A model generated the notes under the pieces. It had not been told where the DNA came from. It did no database searches and saw nothing but the letters and a program-made list of their open reading frames with translations. From contig NC_018267.1 in the NCBI RefSeq assembly GCF_000306885.1, forward strand, positions 630,001-662,000: DNA of 32,000 nt. The letters are read 5' to 3'. The position numbers and the translations under genes were made by a program. This stretch comes from Wolbachia endosymbiont of Onchocerca ochengi (GTDB taxonomy: Bacteria; Pseudomonadota; Alphaproteobacteria; Rickettsiales; Anaplasmataceae). Of this stretch, positions 1 through 8,232 are shown one piece after another; the first letter of the stretch is position 1; every line of letters begins with the position of its first letter.

Positions 1-985
1 GATCTTTCTCTATATGCTCACGATACTCATCTAATGTTGTAGCTCCTATACAGTGAATTTCTCCACGTGCAAGAGCAGGCTTCAGTAAATTTGAAGCATC
101 CATTGCACCACTTGTTGCTCCTGCTCCGGCTAAAGTATGAAGCTCATCTATAAACAAAATAACTTTCTCATCCGTTTTCAAAAGCTCATTAATAACTGCT
201 TTTAGTCTTTCTTCAAACTCTCCTCTAAACTTTGTTCCAGCAATTAATGCGCCAAGATCTAATGCTAAGACCTTTGCATCGCGTAAACCAAGTGGCACAT
301 CGTTTGTAACAATTCTGTTTGCTAATCCCTCAACTATCGCAGTTTTCCCAACACCAGGCTCACCTATTAGCACTGGATTATTCTTTGTTCGCCTAAGCGA
401 TACCTGTATAGTTCTTCTAATTTCATCATCACGACCAATTACAGGATCAAGCTTGCCTTGCATAGCAAGCTCTGTAACATCCTTTGTATATTTCTTTGCT
501 ACAGTCAACTTTCCCCTTATTCTTGGCGCGCCCGTACTGTTATCTCTCCTTGTTTCTGTAATAACTGAGTTCAATTTCTGCTGTGTAACACCGTTTTCTG
601 TTAGAATTTTACCCACAGTATCACTCCTCTGTGCAGCTAAACTCTGCAGTAATTGCTCAACAGTAACAAATGTATCTTTATTCCTCCTAGCAATACTTAC
701 TGAATCCTCAAAAACTCTTGCCATTTCTCTTGAAAGTTGAAGGCCACTGCTTCCTGGACCTTCAACTACTGGAAACTTTTTTAGTGCACTATTTGTAGCA
801 TCAGAAATACTTTGTACATCCCCACCACAAGCTACTATTAAATCCTGAACTAAATCTGATTCATCTTCAAGCATTGCTTTTAGTAGATGCTCAGGCATAA
901 AAACTTGATGTCCAGCTCCCAACGCTTTCATTTGAGCACTTTGGATTAAGCTCTTTGCTTTTTCGGTAAATTTATTCAAATCCAT
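1..985 (-). CDS. clpB: ClpB chaperone/disaggregase, N-terminal ~328 codons; the 3' part runs off the left edge of the window
   Basis: My minus-strand translation from the ATG at 985-983 reads [23 protein letters not shown]... It contains [15 protein letters not shown], Walker [10 protein letters not shown] and Walker B ILFIDELH of the first AAA+ module, and stays open to position 1. It is absent from the ORF track because no stop codon lies in the window. Confidence 0.9.
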   Translation of the reverse strand, partial: MDLNKFTEKAKSLIQSAQMKALGAGHQVFMPEHLLKAMLEDESDLVQDLIVACGGDVQSISDATNSALKKFPVVEGPGSSGLQLSREMARVFEDSVSIARRNKDTFVTVEQLLQSLAAQRSDTVGKILTENGVTQQKLNSVITETRRDNSTGAPRIRGKLTVAKKYTKDVTELAMQGKLDPVIGRDDEIRRTIQVSLRRTKNNPVLIGEPGVGKTAIVEGLANRIVTNDVPLGLRDAKVLALDLGALIAGTKFRGEFEERLKAVINELLKTDEKVILFIDELHTLAGAGATSGAMDASNLLKPALARGEIHCIGATTLDEYREHIEKD

Positions 986-1152
986 AATATAAGTTTAGCT
1001 AACATTTACTAATATATATAGTAACTCCTTCCTTAATTTTAAACTGAAAACAGCTAACTAGGTAAAAATTTATCCTAATGTACACAACTTAAACTTTATA
1101 CGTATAATACTACTACTAAACTCCTGGAAATCACATAAAACCCAAGATTAAT

Positions 1153-1180
1153 ATTATATGTTGTGGCTAAAGCTCGTCAA
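1153..1180 (-). promoter_or_regulatory. Candidate sigma70-type promoter for clpB
   Basis: The minus strand reads TTGACG (1180-1175), a 16-nt spacer, then TATAAT (1158-1153). It starts 8 nt after the lipA stop and lies about 170 nt upstream of the clpB ATG. -10-like hexamers are common in AT-rich DNA, so this is tentative. Confidence 0.35.
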
Positions 1181-1187
1181 GTATTTT

Positions 1188-2060
1188 CTATGTTGGAAAA
1201 TAATAAGCTTTGAGCTTACTAAAACTTTCTTCAGCATGATATGATGACCTGGTTAATGGACTTGATGCAACCATTAGAAATCCTTTAGAATAAGCAATAT
1301 ATTTATAATGCTCAAATTCTTCTGGGGTAATATATCTATCAACTTTTGCATGTTTTGGAGTTGGCTGCAGGTATTGACCTATTGTTATAAAATCAACTTC
1401 AGCATTTCGTAAATCATCCATGACCTGAAGTACCTCTTCTTTTGTTTCTCCAAGACCAACCATGAGCCCTGATTTTGTGAAAAGTTTAGGATTAGTCTGC
1501 TTTACCATTTTCAACAAATACAATGAATGAAAATAACGTGCCCTTGGCCTTATCTTTGCATATAACCTTGGCACTGTTTCAATATTGTGGTTATAGACAT
1601 CAGGTGATGCAACAGCAATTGCTTCAAATGCACCTTTTTTATTTAAAAAATCGGGAGTTAAAATTTCTATTGTTGTTTCTGGAGTAATCTTTCTAATTTC
1701 TTCTATACACTTTACGAATTGACTTACGCCACCATCTAATAAATCATCACGGTCAACGGAGGTAATGACAACATATTTCAAGTTTAATTTTTTTATTGCC
1801 CTTGCTAAATTTTCTGGTTCGTGAGGGTCTAATTTATCAGGGGTACCAGTTGCAACGTTACAAAACGCACAAGCACGAGTGCAAACAGAACCAAGAATCA
1901 TCATAGCAGCGTGATGTTTGTTCCAGCATTCACCAATGTTTGGGCAAGCGGCTTTCTCGCACACTGTATGTAAGTTATACTGTTTAACAGTGTTTAAGGT
2001 TTCATTAAATATTTTACTAGCTGGAGCTTTTGTCCTGAGCCATGGAGGCTTACTATGCAT
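1188..2060 (-). CDS. lipA: Lipoyl synthase (radical SAM)
   Basis: 290-aa ORF with the two LipA cysteine clusters [12 protein letters not shown] and CTRACAFC. Full-length LipA-like sequence ([16 protein letters not shown]). Confidence 0.95.
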   Translation of the reverse strand: MHSKPPWLRTKAPASKIFNETLNTVKQYNLHTVCEKAACPNIGECWNKHHAAMMILGSVCTRACAFCNVATGTPDKLDPHEPENLARAIKKLNLKYVVITSVDRDDLLDGGVSQFVKCIEEIRKITPETTIEILTPDFLNKKGAFEAIAVASPDVYNHNIETVPRLYAKIRPRARYFHSLYLLKMVKQTNPKLFTKSGLMVGLGETKEEVLQVMDDLRNAEVDFITIGQYLQPTPKHAKVDRYITPEEFEHYKYIAYSKGFLMVASSPLTRSSYHAEESFSKLKAYYFPT

Positions 2061-2367
2061 CTGAAGTGGCTAATTTTACCTCTTGCCTTGCTAAAACTTT
2101 TTTTAACCTTCTTTTTATTTTCTGTGCTTTCTCACTTAGCTTAATTGTTTTTGTGTTGAGCAAAAAAGCATCAAGGCCGCCTTTATAATCTATAGTCCTT
2201 AAAGTTCTCGCCGCCACACGAAACTTAAATTTCTTATTTAAGATGTTGCTCATCAACGTAACACTATGCAAATTTAAGAGAAAGGTGCGTTTTGTTTTAC
2301 GGTTTGAATGTGATACCTTATTACCAAAAGACTTCCTTCTGTTTGTTAGTTCGCAAACTCTACTCAC
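2053..2367 (-). CDS. rpmB: 50S ribosomal protein L28
   Basis: [33 protein letters not shown] is the L28 signature. I place the start at the GTG at 2367-2365 (giving MSRVCELT). The track ORF extends to 2427 through non-L28-like residues. The stop overlaps the lipA ATG by 8 nt. Confidence 0.9.
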   Translation of the reverse strand: MSRVCELTNRRKSFGNKVSHSNRKTKRTFLLNLHSVTLMSNILNKKFKFRVAARTLRTIDYKGGLDAFLLNTKTIKLSEKAQKIKRRLKKVLARQEVKLATSDA

Positions 2368-2404
2368 TTTGATATACCAAGTTATTCTATGTGCCAAGAT
2401 TATC

Positions 2405-2746
2405 TTATATGTTGAAATAATCAACACTTTCCTGCTTAATTTTTATACTATATACTACTTTGTAGCCAAAGAATATTGTGATTCTCTCTATTATAAGAGA
2501 GATCATATGTTGAATTTCCAGTGCCTTACTACCATTTGCTACTGTGAGATGTAACACACCTGTATTTATATTTTGTGCATAGGAAATCTTTCTTGGCTTT
2601 GTACACTCTGCTATTTCTGCTCCAACTATGTTCCTCCAGTTTAAAATAAGACATATTTCATTTTTGCTCATCCTGCCCTTCATGCATTTTAATGTATAAC
2701 TTTCTACTATAGATCTTAATTTCCTTGGACCACTTTGTCTAAGCAT
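2405..2746 (-). CDS. DUF721 / DciA-like protein (putative replicative-helicase loader family)
   Basis: LILNWRNIVGAEIAECTKPRKISY...GVLHLTVANGSKALEIQHMISLIIERITIFFGY fits the DUF721 pattern (W..IVG..la..T.P, L.v.v.s..wa.eL). Start chosen at the ATG at 2746 (MLRQSGPRKL). The track ORF begins at a TTG at 2830. Confidence 0.55.
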   Translation of the reverse strand: MLRQSGPRKLRSIVESYTLKCMKGRMSKNEICLILNWRNIVGAEIAECTKPRKISYAQNINTGVLHLTVANGSKALEIQHMISLIIERITIFFGYKVVYSIKIKQESVDYFNI

Positions 2747-2849
2747 CTTTTTATTACAAACTAAATTCCTTCCTATAGTTACAATATAGTAGTAATGAAT
2801 ATTATTCACAAGCCTCAGTGATCGCGTCAATAATAAAACTAGTCCATCA

Positions 2850-3410
2850 CGGTAAGTTTAATAGAATCAACCTCGTTGAATAAACTACTACCTTAGAATC
2901 AAGTGTGATAGGATGACTTATTTAAGGTAGATCACGTACAATATATTTAAGCTTTTCTATTAAATCACCTTCATCATTTACTAACTTTATTTAAATTGTT
3001 TGTGTAGAACTGAAAAAATTGTTATAAAATAACCAGTAAGTAAATTAGTTATCAATAATATTAAAAAGGTATTCCTTAATCCAAAGATTATATAAATATA
3101 GTAGTAAAATATTTTGTACTATAAAATAGCTTTTTATTATCCTTTCGTCTTACAATAGGTTAAAAATCTTGCATTATAGTGGTGTGCTGGAATGCAGCTT
3201 TACTCCTTGTCTTCATACCGTAAAAGATAATATTTTATGAAAAGTCTATGCTGATACAGAATCTGTCAGGCATATTACAATCATTCCATTTACTAAACTT
3301 GTTATGCTATGCTGCCACTCTCATTTCATAATTGATTAACTTTTCTGCTTCTAATTAGAATTAGTTTAATCATTACTACCGGAGTGAATTTTTTCCTCTC
3401 GTTGTTATTC
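2850..3410 (-). mobile_element. Decayed IS5-family (DUF772-type N-terminus) transposase relic, no intact ORF
   Basis: My minus-strand translations give ERKKFTPVVMIKLILI (3353-3410; compare GRP..P..MFKILILQ), NMPDRFCISIDFS (about 3253-3276; compare vPDhSTisRFR) and ITLDSKVVVYSTR further downstream. These pieces are separated by stops and frame changes. Family assignment is from memory of motifs only. Confidence 0.3.
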
Positions 3411-3459
3411 AACACTTTATACTAAAATCCAGGAATTTTACTTATAAGTAAGCACACTG

Positions 3460-3489
3460 AGCTGCTGCTAAATATAAAAGCAGCTTTTT
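3460..3489 (+). terminator. Orphan hairpin plus T-run (intrinsic-terminator-like) with no annotated upstream plus-strand gene
   Basis: AGCTGCT (3460-3466) pairs perfectly with AGCAGCT (3479-3485) across a 12-nt loop, followed by TTTTT (3485-3489). There is no T-run in the opposite orientation. Confidence 0.3.
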
Positions 3490-3655
3490 ATACTATACTA
3501 AGAGAAATTTTTTTGACAAGCTTGCACAGCAAACTGACTACTAGTGTTAGCTACTTGCACGATATCCTGCTGGTAGGTTCAAATCACAATGTTTGTATAG
3601 CTATGGATTATATGTTAAAATGGTAAACAAGATCATTTAATAGTAGCTGCCATTT

Positions 3656-3856
3656 CTATTTGTAAGATCTCTCCTCAATCCAAGCTGCTTGAATAGCTTC
3701 AAGTATTTTTTCATTGCAGCGTTTTTCATCATCATCAAACTTTTCTAAACCTAAGACTTTTTTCTTAAGCTCAGTAAATCTGATATTAATTATGTCCTCG
3801 TTTGGAAATTTTTTTTCTAAAGCTTCTACGATGCTTTCTATATTGAGCCATTTCAT
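3656..3856 (-). CDS. iscX: IscX (YfhJ)-like Fe-S cluster assembly accessory protein
   Basis: The 66-aa ORF MKWLNIESIVEALEKKFPNEDIINIRFTELKKKVLGLEKFDDDEKRCNEKILEAIQAAWIEE parallels E. coli IscX as I recall it (...FDDDP..SNEKILEAI...W..E) in length and motif order. Confidence 0.65.
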   Translation of the reverse strand: MKWLNIESIVEALEKKFPNEDIINIRFTELKKKVLGLEKFDDDEKRCNEKILEAIQAAWIEERSYK

Positions 3857-3884
3857 ATTTCTTGTATCTTTTCATAAACTAAAC

Positions 3885-3971
3885 TGGTGCCCATGGGGAG
3901 ACTTGAACTCCCAAGGCCGCAAAACCCACGGATTTTAAGTCCGCTGCGTCTACCAATTCCGCCACACAGGC
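3885..3971 (-). tRNA. tRNA-Leu, anticodon TAA, class II with long variable arm, encoded 3' CCA
   Basis: The reverse complement GCCTGTGTGGCGGAATTGGTAGACGCAGCGGACTTAAAATCCGTGGGTTTTGCGGCCTTGGGAGTTCAAGTCTCCCCATGGGCACCA folds by hand. Acceptor is 7 bp (two G-U pairs), anticodon stem GCGGA/TCCGT, loop CTTAAAA, T-arm GGGAG-TTCAAGT-CTCCC. Confidence 0.9.
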
Positions 3972-3980
3972 CCTTTTATT

Positions 3981-4595
3981 TTACCTAGAGTAAAATTCTA
4001 CTACTAAATTAACTTCCATATCTGCTGAGTAAGGAACTTCAGAATACTGAGGTACTCTTAAATACTTTACTGAATGCTCTTTACTATTTATTTCTAAATA
4101 ACCTGGAGCTTTGCGTTCTTGTTTTTCTATGGTCTCTATTACTACAGGGATTTTTACTGCGCTTTCTCTTATTTTCACTATATCACCAGGTTTTACTCGA
4201 TAACTTGATATGTTAACCACTCTATCATTAACTGTAACATGCTTATGAGATATAAGTTGCTTTGCTGAGTAAATTGTTGGCACAAGACCAGAATGATATA
4301 AAACAGCACTTAACCTTGATTCTAAGATGCCAATAAAATTATCAGCTGTATAACCTTTTCTGTTATAAGCATCTAAAAATATACGCCTGAGTTGTTTACT
4401 TGAAATTGCATAATAAAACTTAAATTTCTTATGTGCAGCAAACTGCTTACCAAAATCAGATAACCTTTTGAACCCAAGAATACCATGTTGTCCTGGGGGA
4501 TATTTCCTTTTGTTTACTTGGTCTTTTACCCTACCCCATAAATTCATGCCAAGCCTACGGCTGATTCTATACTTTCTACTAACAACAGTTGTCAT
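3981..4595 (-). CDS. rpsD: 30S ribosomal protein S4
   Basis: 204-aa ORF with full-length S4 similarity ([32 protein letters not shown]4 domain). Confidence 0.95.
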   Translation of the reverse strand: MTTVVSRKYRISRRLGMNLWGRVKDQVNKRKYPPGQHGILGFKRLSDFGKQFAAHKKFKFYYAISSKQLRRIFLDAYNRKGYTADNFIGILESRLSAVLYHSGLVPTIYSAKQLISHKHVTVNDRVVNISSYRVKPGDIVKIRESAVKIPVVIETIEKQERKAPGYLEINSKEHSVKYLRVPQYSEVPYSADMEVNLVVEFYSR

Positions 4596-4712
4596 ATCAA
4601 AATCTTAACAATATAACTCTAGATTATTAAAGATTTTAGTATTAAGTGTCAACTTGTTTTTGCTAATATAGTATATTACACTTTACTTTTAAGTTCTCTT
4701 ATCTATCGACAT

Positions 4713-6737
4713 ATGAATTATCTACTTTTGAAATCTATGGCAAATGCCATCCGCTTTTTGTCAATTGATGCAGTACAGAAAGCGAACTCTGGGCACTTAG
4801 GTATGCCACTTGGCATGGCAGATATTGCAACTATCTTATTTACCAAATACTTCAATCACAACTCTGATGATTCTAAATGGTTCAATAGAGACCGTTTTGT
4901 TTTATCAAATGGTCATGGTTCAATGTTACTATATTCCATATTATACCTGACAGGTTATATTAGTATAGATGAGTTAAAAAATTTTAGGCAATTCAGATCT
5001 AAAACTCCAGGTCATCCAGAATTTTGTCTAACTCCTGGGGTGGACGCAACAACAGGTCCACTAGGGCAAGGGTTCGCTATTTCAGTAGGTATGGCACTTG
5101 CTGAATTGATTCTTGAAAAGCAGTTTGGAATTAATCACTACACTTATGTAGTGTTAGGAGATGGCTGTCTCATGGAAGGAATAAGTCACGAAGCAGCATC
5201 ACTTGCTGGGCATCTTAAATTGAATAAGTTGATAGCCTTTTTTGATGATAATGATATCACCATAGATGGTGCTACTAGCATCTCTTGTTCTGATGATGTA
5301 GAAAAGCGTTTTTTAGCATATGGATGGAACGTTAATAAAATTGATGGGCATGATTTCGACTCTATATCGCTCGCAATTGAGCAAGCACAAAGGTCTAATA
5401 AACCTACATTAATTTGTTGCAAAACTATCATTGGGAAATTTTCAAGCTGTGCTGGCACAGCTTCCGCTCACAGTGGTGCTTTTACAGAGAAAGATGTAAA
5501 GCAAATAAGAGAAAAATTAAATTGGAACTATGAACCGTTTTATGTTCCAGAAGATATAAAAAATGCTTGGATGAAGGCAGTTAAGAGAGCAAAGCAAAAC
5601 TATAATTCAGTGTTATTTAAGCGTATGGATAGTGAAGAAAAAAAAGAATGGATTCCAGTATATGATACTGGAACGACAAGATATCATGCAGAACTTCAAA
5701 GACGGCTAGATAAACGTTTACCAGATAATATTAACAGTGATTTAGCAAACTTAAAGAAACAAATACATGAAAGAATGCCAAGTGAAGCTACACGATTTTC
5801 TTTCGGCAAGGTAATGGAATTTTTAACTAATTCTATGCCAGAATTAATTGGCGGGTCCGCTGATCTTACCGGGTCAAATTGTACTAAGTATGGGCATATG
5901 AAGATAATAGATAGAGATAATCGCAATGGTTCTTATCTTCATTATGGAGTAAGAGAGCATGCTATGGCAGCCTGTATGAATGGCATGGCTCTTCATGGTG
6001 GTATTATTCCTTATGGAGGCACTTTTTTGGTATTTTCTGACTATTATCGTCCCGCTATACGCCTTTCAGCTTTGATGAAACAGCAGATTATATATATAAC
6101 AACTCACGATTCAATTGGAGTAGGAGAAGATGGTCCAACTCATCAACCGATAGAGCATTTATCCTCTTTTCGAGCTATACCGAATCTGTATCTTTTTAGG
6201 CCGGCTGATGCACTTGAGACTCTAGAATGCGTTAGTATTGCATTGGAAAAAAAAGAATCACCTACGTTGTTTGCACTTTCAAGGCAAAGTGTGAATTATA
6301 CACGCAAATTCCACTTTGACATTGATCAATCCGCTAACTTATCAAAGCTTGGTGCATATATTTTATGTGAATACTTAGAAAAATTACAAGTAACGATATT
6401 TGCTACTGGATCTGAAGTTGAAATTGCAGTTGAAGCAAGGGAAAAATTACAGGGGAAAGGGATAGGTACAAGAGTTGTTTCTATGCCATGCTGGAGACTT
6501 TTTGATGAGCAAAGTGATGAATATAAAAAGACAATATTAGGTAATGACAGCATTAAAGTTGCAATTGAAGCTGGAAGTGAAGTTGGTTGGCACAAATATA
6601 TAGGTTCAAACGGTATATTTGTTGGCATGGAGAGCTTTGGAGAATCGGCGTCTTATAAAGTACTTTACAAATATTTTAACATTAATGCTGATTATGTAGT
6701 AAAATGTGTGTGTGAGAAACTGGTTTATGTTGAGTAA
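4713..6737 (+). CDS. tkt: Transketolase
   Basis: 674-aa ORF with the N-terminal transketolase signature ANAIRFLSIDAVQKANSGHLGMPLGMADI, the ThDP motif GDGCLMEGISHEA and the downstream GGSADLTGSN and THDSIGVGEDGPTHQP motifs. Confidence 0.95.
   Translation: MNYLLLKSMANAIRFLSIDAVQKANSGHLGMPLGMADIATILFTKYFNHNSDDSKWFNRDRFVLSNGHGSMLLYSILYLTGYISIDELKNFRQFRSKTPGHPEFCLTPGVDATTGPLGQGFAISVGMALAELILEKQFGINHYTYVVLGDGCLMEGISHEAASLAGHLKLNKLIAFFDDNDITIDGATSISCSDDVEKRFLAYGWNVNKIDGHDFDSISLAIEQAQRSNKPTLICCKTIIGKFSSCAGTASAHSGAFTEKDVKQIREKLNWNYEPFYVPEDIKNAWMKAVKRAKQNYNSVLFKRMDSEEKKEWIPVYDTGTTRYHAELQRRLDKRLPDNINSDLANLKKQIHERMPSEATRFSFGKVMEFLTNSMPELIGGSADLTGSNCTKYGHMKIIDRDNRNGSYLHYGVREHAMAACMNGMALHGGIIPYGGTFLVFSDYYRPAIRLSALMKQQIIYITTHDSIGVGEDGPTHQPIEHLSSFRAIPNLYLFRPADALETLECVSIALEKKESPTLFALSRQSVNYTRKFHFDIDQSANLSKLGAYILCEYLEKLQVTIFATGSEVEIAVEAREKLQGKGIGTRVVSMPCWRLFDEQSDEYKKTILGNDSIKVAIEAGSEVGWHKYIGSNGIFVGMESFGESASYKVLYKYFNINADYVVKCVCEKLVYVE
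5653..5673. repeat. Perfect 9-bp inverted repeat with 3-nt loop embedded in frame in tkt
   Basis: TTCCAGTAT-ATG-ATACTGGAA. It encodes part of ...KKEWIPVYDTGTTR..., in a segment where this Tkt appears about 11 aa longer than my recollection of E. coli TktA. Confidence 0.5.
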
Positions 6738-7194
6738 GCTTATGTAACTATATGAAACCCTATTCTTTTTTACTGTGTTAGTATGTGATGTACAACTGTA
6801 TAAATATTATGATTTGAGAATAGGAGAGCAGAACTGCCTAACAAATTTCACTAGCCTCTTTGGTATAGAGTATCGAAGATGCTCATTTATCTTTATTCTG
6901 TGCAGATTAAATAGCAGAAAAATTTAGCATATTTGGTGCACCATATGCACCGTATATCTTTAAAAGCTTCTGTGTCTTTTGCTTATACAAGTTGAAATGT
7001 GCTTATGAAATGTTCAAGACGTCAAAAAAATCTATATTATTAAGATAAGCAGTGAGTAATTAGCTATTTGGAATTTCTTTTGCCTTTCTTCTTTGCTTGT
7101 AAATTTTTTAAGATAGTTTAAGGGCAATATAGTATTACAAAAAGCACCAATATGTTAAAATGTACACTCTTTTTCCAAGTTATATAAGAAAAGT

Positions 7195-8031
7195 CTATTG
7201 CTTAATAATAATGCATCTTTTTGTTCCCGTTAAATCATACACATATTCTTGCAAAAATAATCCATATGAAGGAATTATTTTATCAATGTCACTTTGATCT
7301 TCACCTACTTCTAATATCACAAACCCATTTTTCTTAAGGCATTTTCTCAATATTGGAAAAATACTTAAGTAACAGTTTAAGCCATCAATACCACCATCAA
7401 GGGCTATTCTCGGTTCTTTTTGTACTTCGGCTTGCAGATCTTTCAACTTATTTCTTTTGATATATGGAGGATTACTAATTATAAGATCAAATAAGCCTCT
7501 GCACTCTGTCCATGAACTTGGAAGTATTTTAGCTCTGTCAAGTAAATTATGTCTTTTTACATTCCGGCAAGCAACTCTATATGCTTTTAAACTCTTCTCA
7601 AAACCAACACCAACGGCATATTCATATTCACTAAGTAAGGATATTAGTAAGCAACCTGTACCTGTGCCAAAATCTGCAATTTTTAATCTCTGCTTTTTGT
7701 TTGGATAGCATTTTAACACTGCTAAAATTATTGTCTCACTGTCTGGTCTTGGATCCAAAACATGCTGATTGACTATAAAATTTTTACTCCAGAATTCACG
7801 TTTACCTATTATTTGTGATATTGGATACCTTTTCGCTCTTTTTTTTGTTAATTTCCAAAATAACTTTTCCTTCTCCATCGGTACTTGATCGGTACGGTTC
7901 ATAATTATGTATGATCTCTCTACTTCAAGAACATGCTGCATTATGATCTCACAATCCAAACATGGTGATTCAACTTTATGTGACGATAACAGTTTTGATC
8001 CTTCTTGAATTAAAGTGCTGATCGTTTTCAT
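7195..8031 (-). CDS. prmC: Release-factor glutamine N5-methyltransferase PrmC (HemK)
   Basis: 278-aa ORF with the SAM-binding motif DFGTGTGC and the catalytic IISNPPYI (NPPY) motif in the expected order. Confidence 0.9.
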   Translation of the reverse strand: MKTISTLIQEGSKLLSSHKVESPCLDCEIIMQHVLEVERSYIIMNRTDQVPMEKEKLFWKLTKKRAKRYPISQIIGKREFWSKNFIVNQHVLDPRPDSETIILAVLKCYPNKKQRLKIADFGTGTGCLLISLLSEYEYAVGVGFEKSLKAYRVACRNVKRHNLLDRAKILPSSWTECRGLFDLIISNPPYIKRNKLKDLQAEVQKEPRIALDGGIDGLNCYLSIFPILRKCLKKNGFVILEVGEDQSDIDKIIPSYGLFLQEYVYDLTGTKRCIIIKQ

Positions 8032-8211
8032 TGTTCTAAAAGTTTGACCTTTTTAATTGTATGCGAACGTTATGATTTAAGTCCGATAGGGAAAACATTA
8101 CATTTTTTGCTTATCATCTTCAGGTAACTAATACTAGGACCTAATTTTCATTACATAATTCTATTAAAAACAGTACACCAATTTGCAATTAAGTTTTCTA
8201 GATCTCAAATG

Positions 8212-8232
8212 CCAGTGCCACTTGAATGACAG
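8212..8232. repeat. Degenerate copy of the CCAGT...GAATGACAG short palindromic repeat family
   Basis: CCAGTGCCACTTGAATGACAG shares the CCAGT start and GAA(T/C)GACA(A)G tail with the tkt element (CCAGTATATGATACTGGAACGACAAG). Similarity was judged by eye only. Confidence 0.3.

Noticed and set aside
453-740. 95-aa plus-strand ORF
   Set aside because: It lies entirely antisense to the strongly supported clpB reading frame. Its sequence is hydrophobic and low-complexity, typical of a shadow ORF.
2243-2554. 103-aa plus-strand ORF
   Set aside because: It is antisense to rpmB and the DUF721 gene, with no recognisable motifs.
2747-2830. N-terminal 28 codons of the track ORF 2405..2830 (TTG start)
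   Set aside because: The residues MTRSLRLVNNIHYYYIVTIGRNLVCNKK are not protein-family-like. The ATG at 2746 gives a DUF721-typical N-terminus. The choice remains uncertain.
3570-3590. GGTTCAAATC resembling a tRNA or tmRNA T-loop
   Set aside because: The flanking bases do not form a T-stem or acceptor stem, and no cloverleaf can be drawn.
3714-3938. 74-aa plus-strand ORF
   Set aside because: It runs antisense through iscX and into the tRNA-Leu(TAA) gene.
5186-6628. Three minus-strand ORFs (5186..5458, 5696..5926, 6326..6628)
   Set aside because: All are antisense to the transketolase frame, which is supported along its full length.
6759-6824. 8-bp inverted repeat CCTATTCT / AGAATAGG downstream of tkt
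   Set aside because: The 50-nt loop and missing T-run do not fit a terminator, and the pairing is probably chance in AT-rich DNA.
7457-7708. 83-aa plus-strand ORF
   Set aside because: Antisense to prmC.
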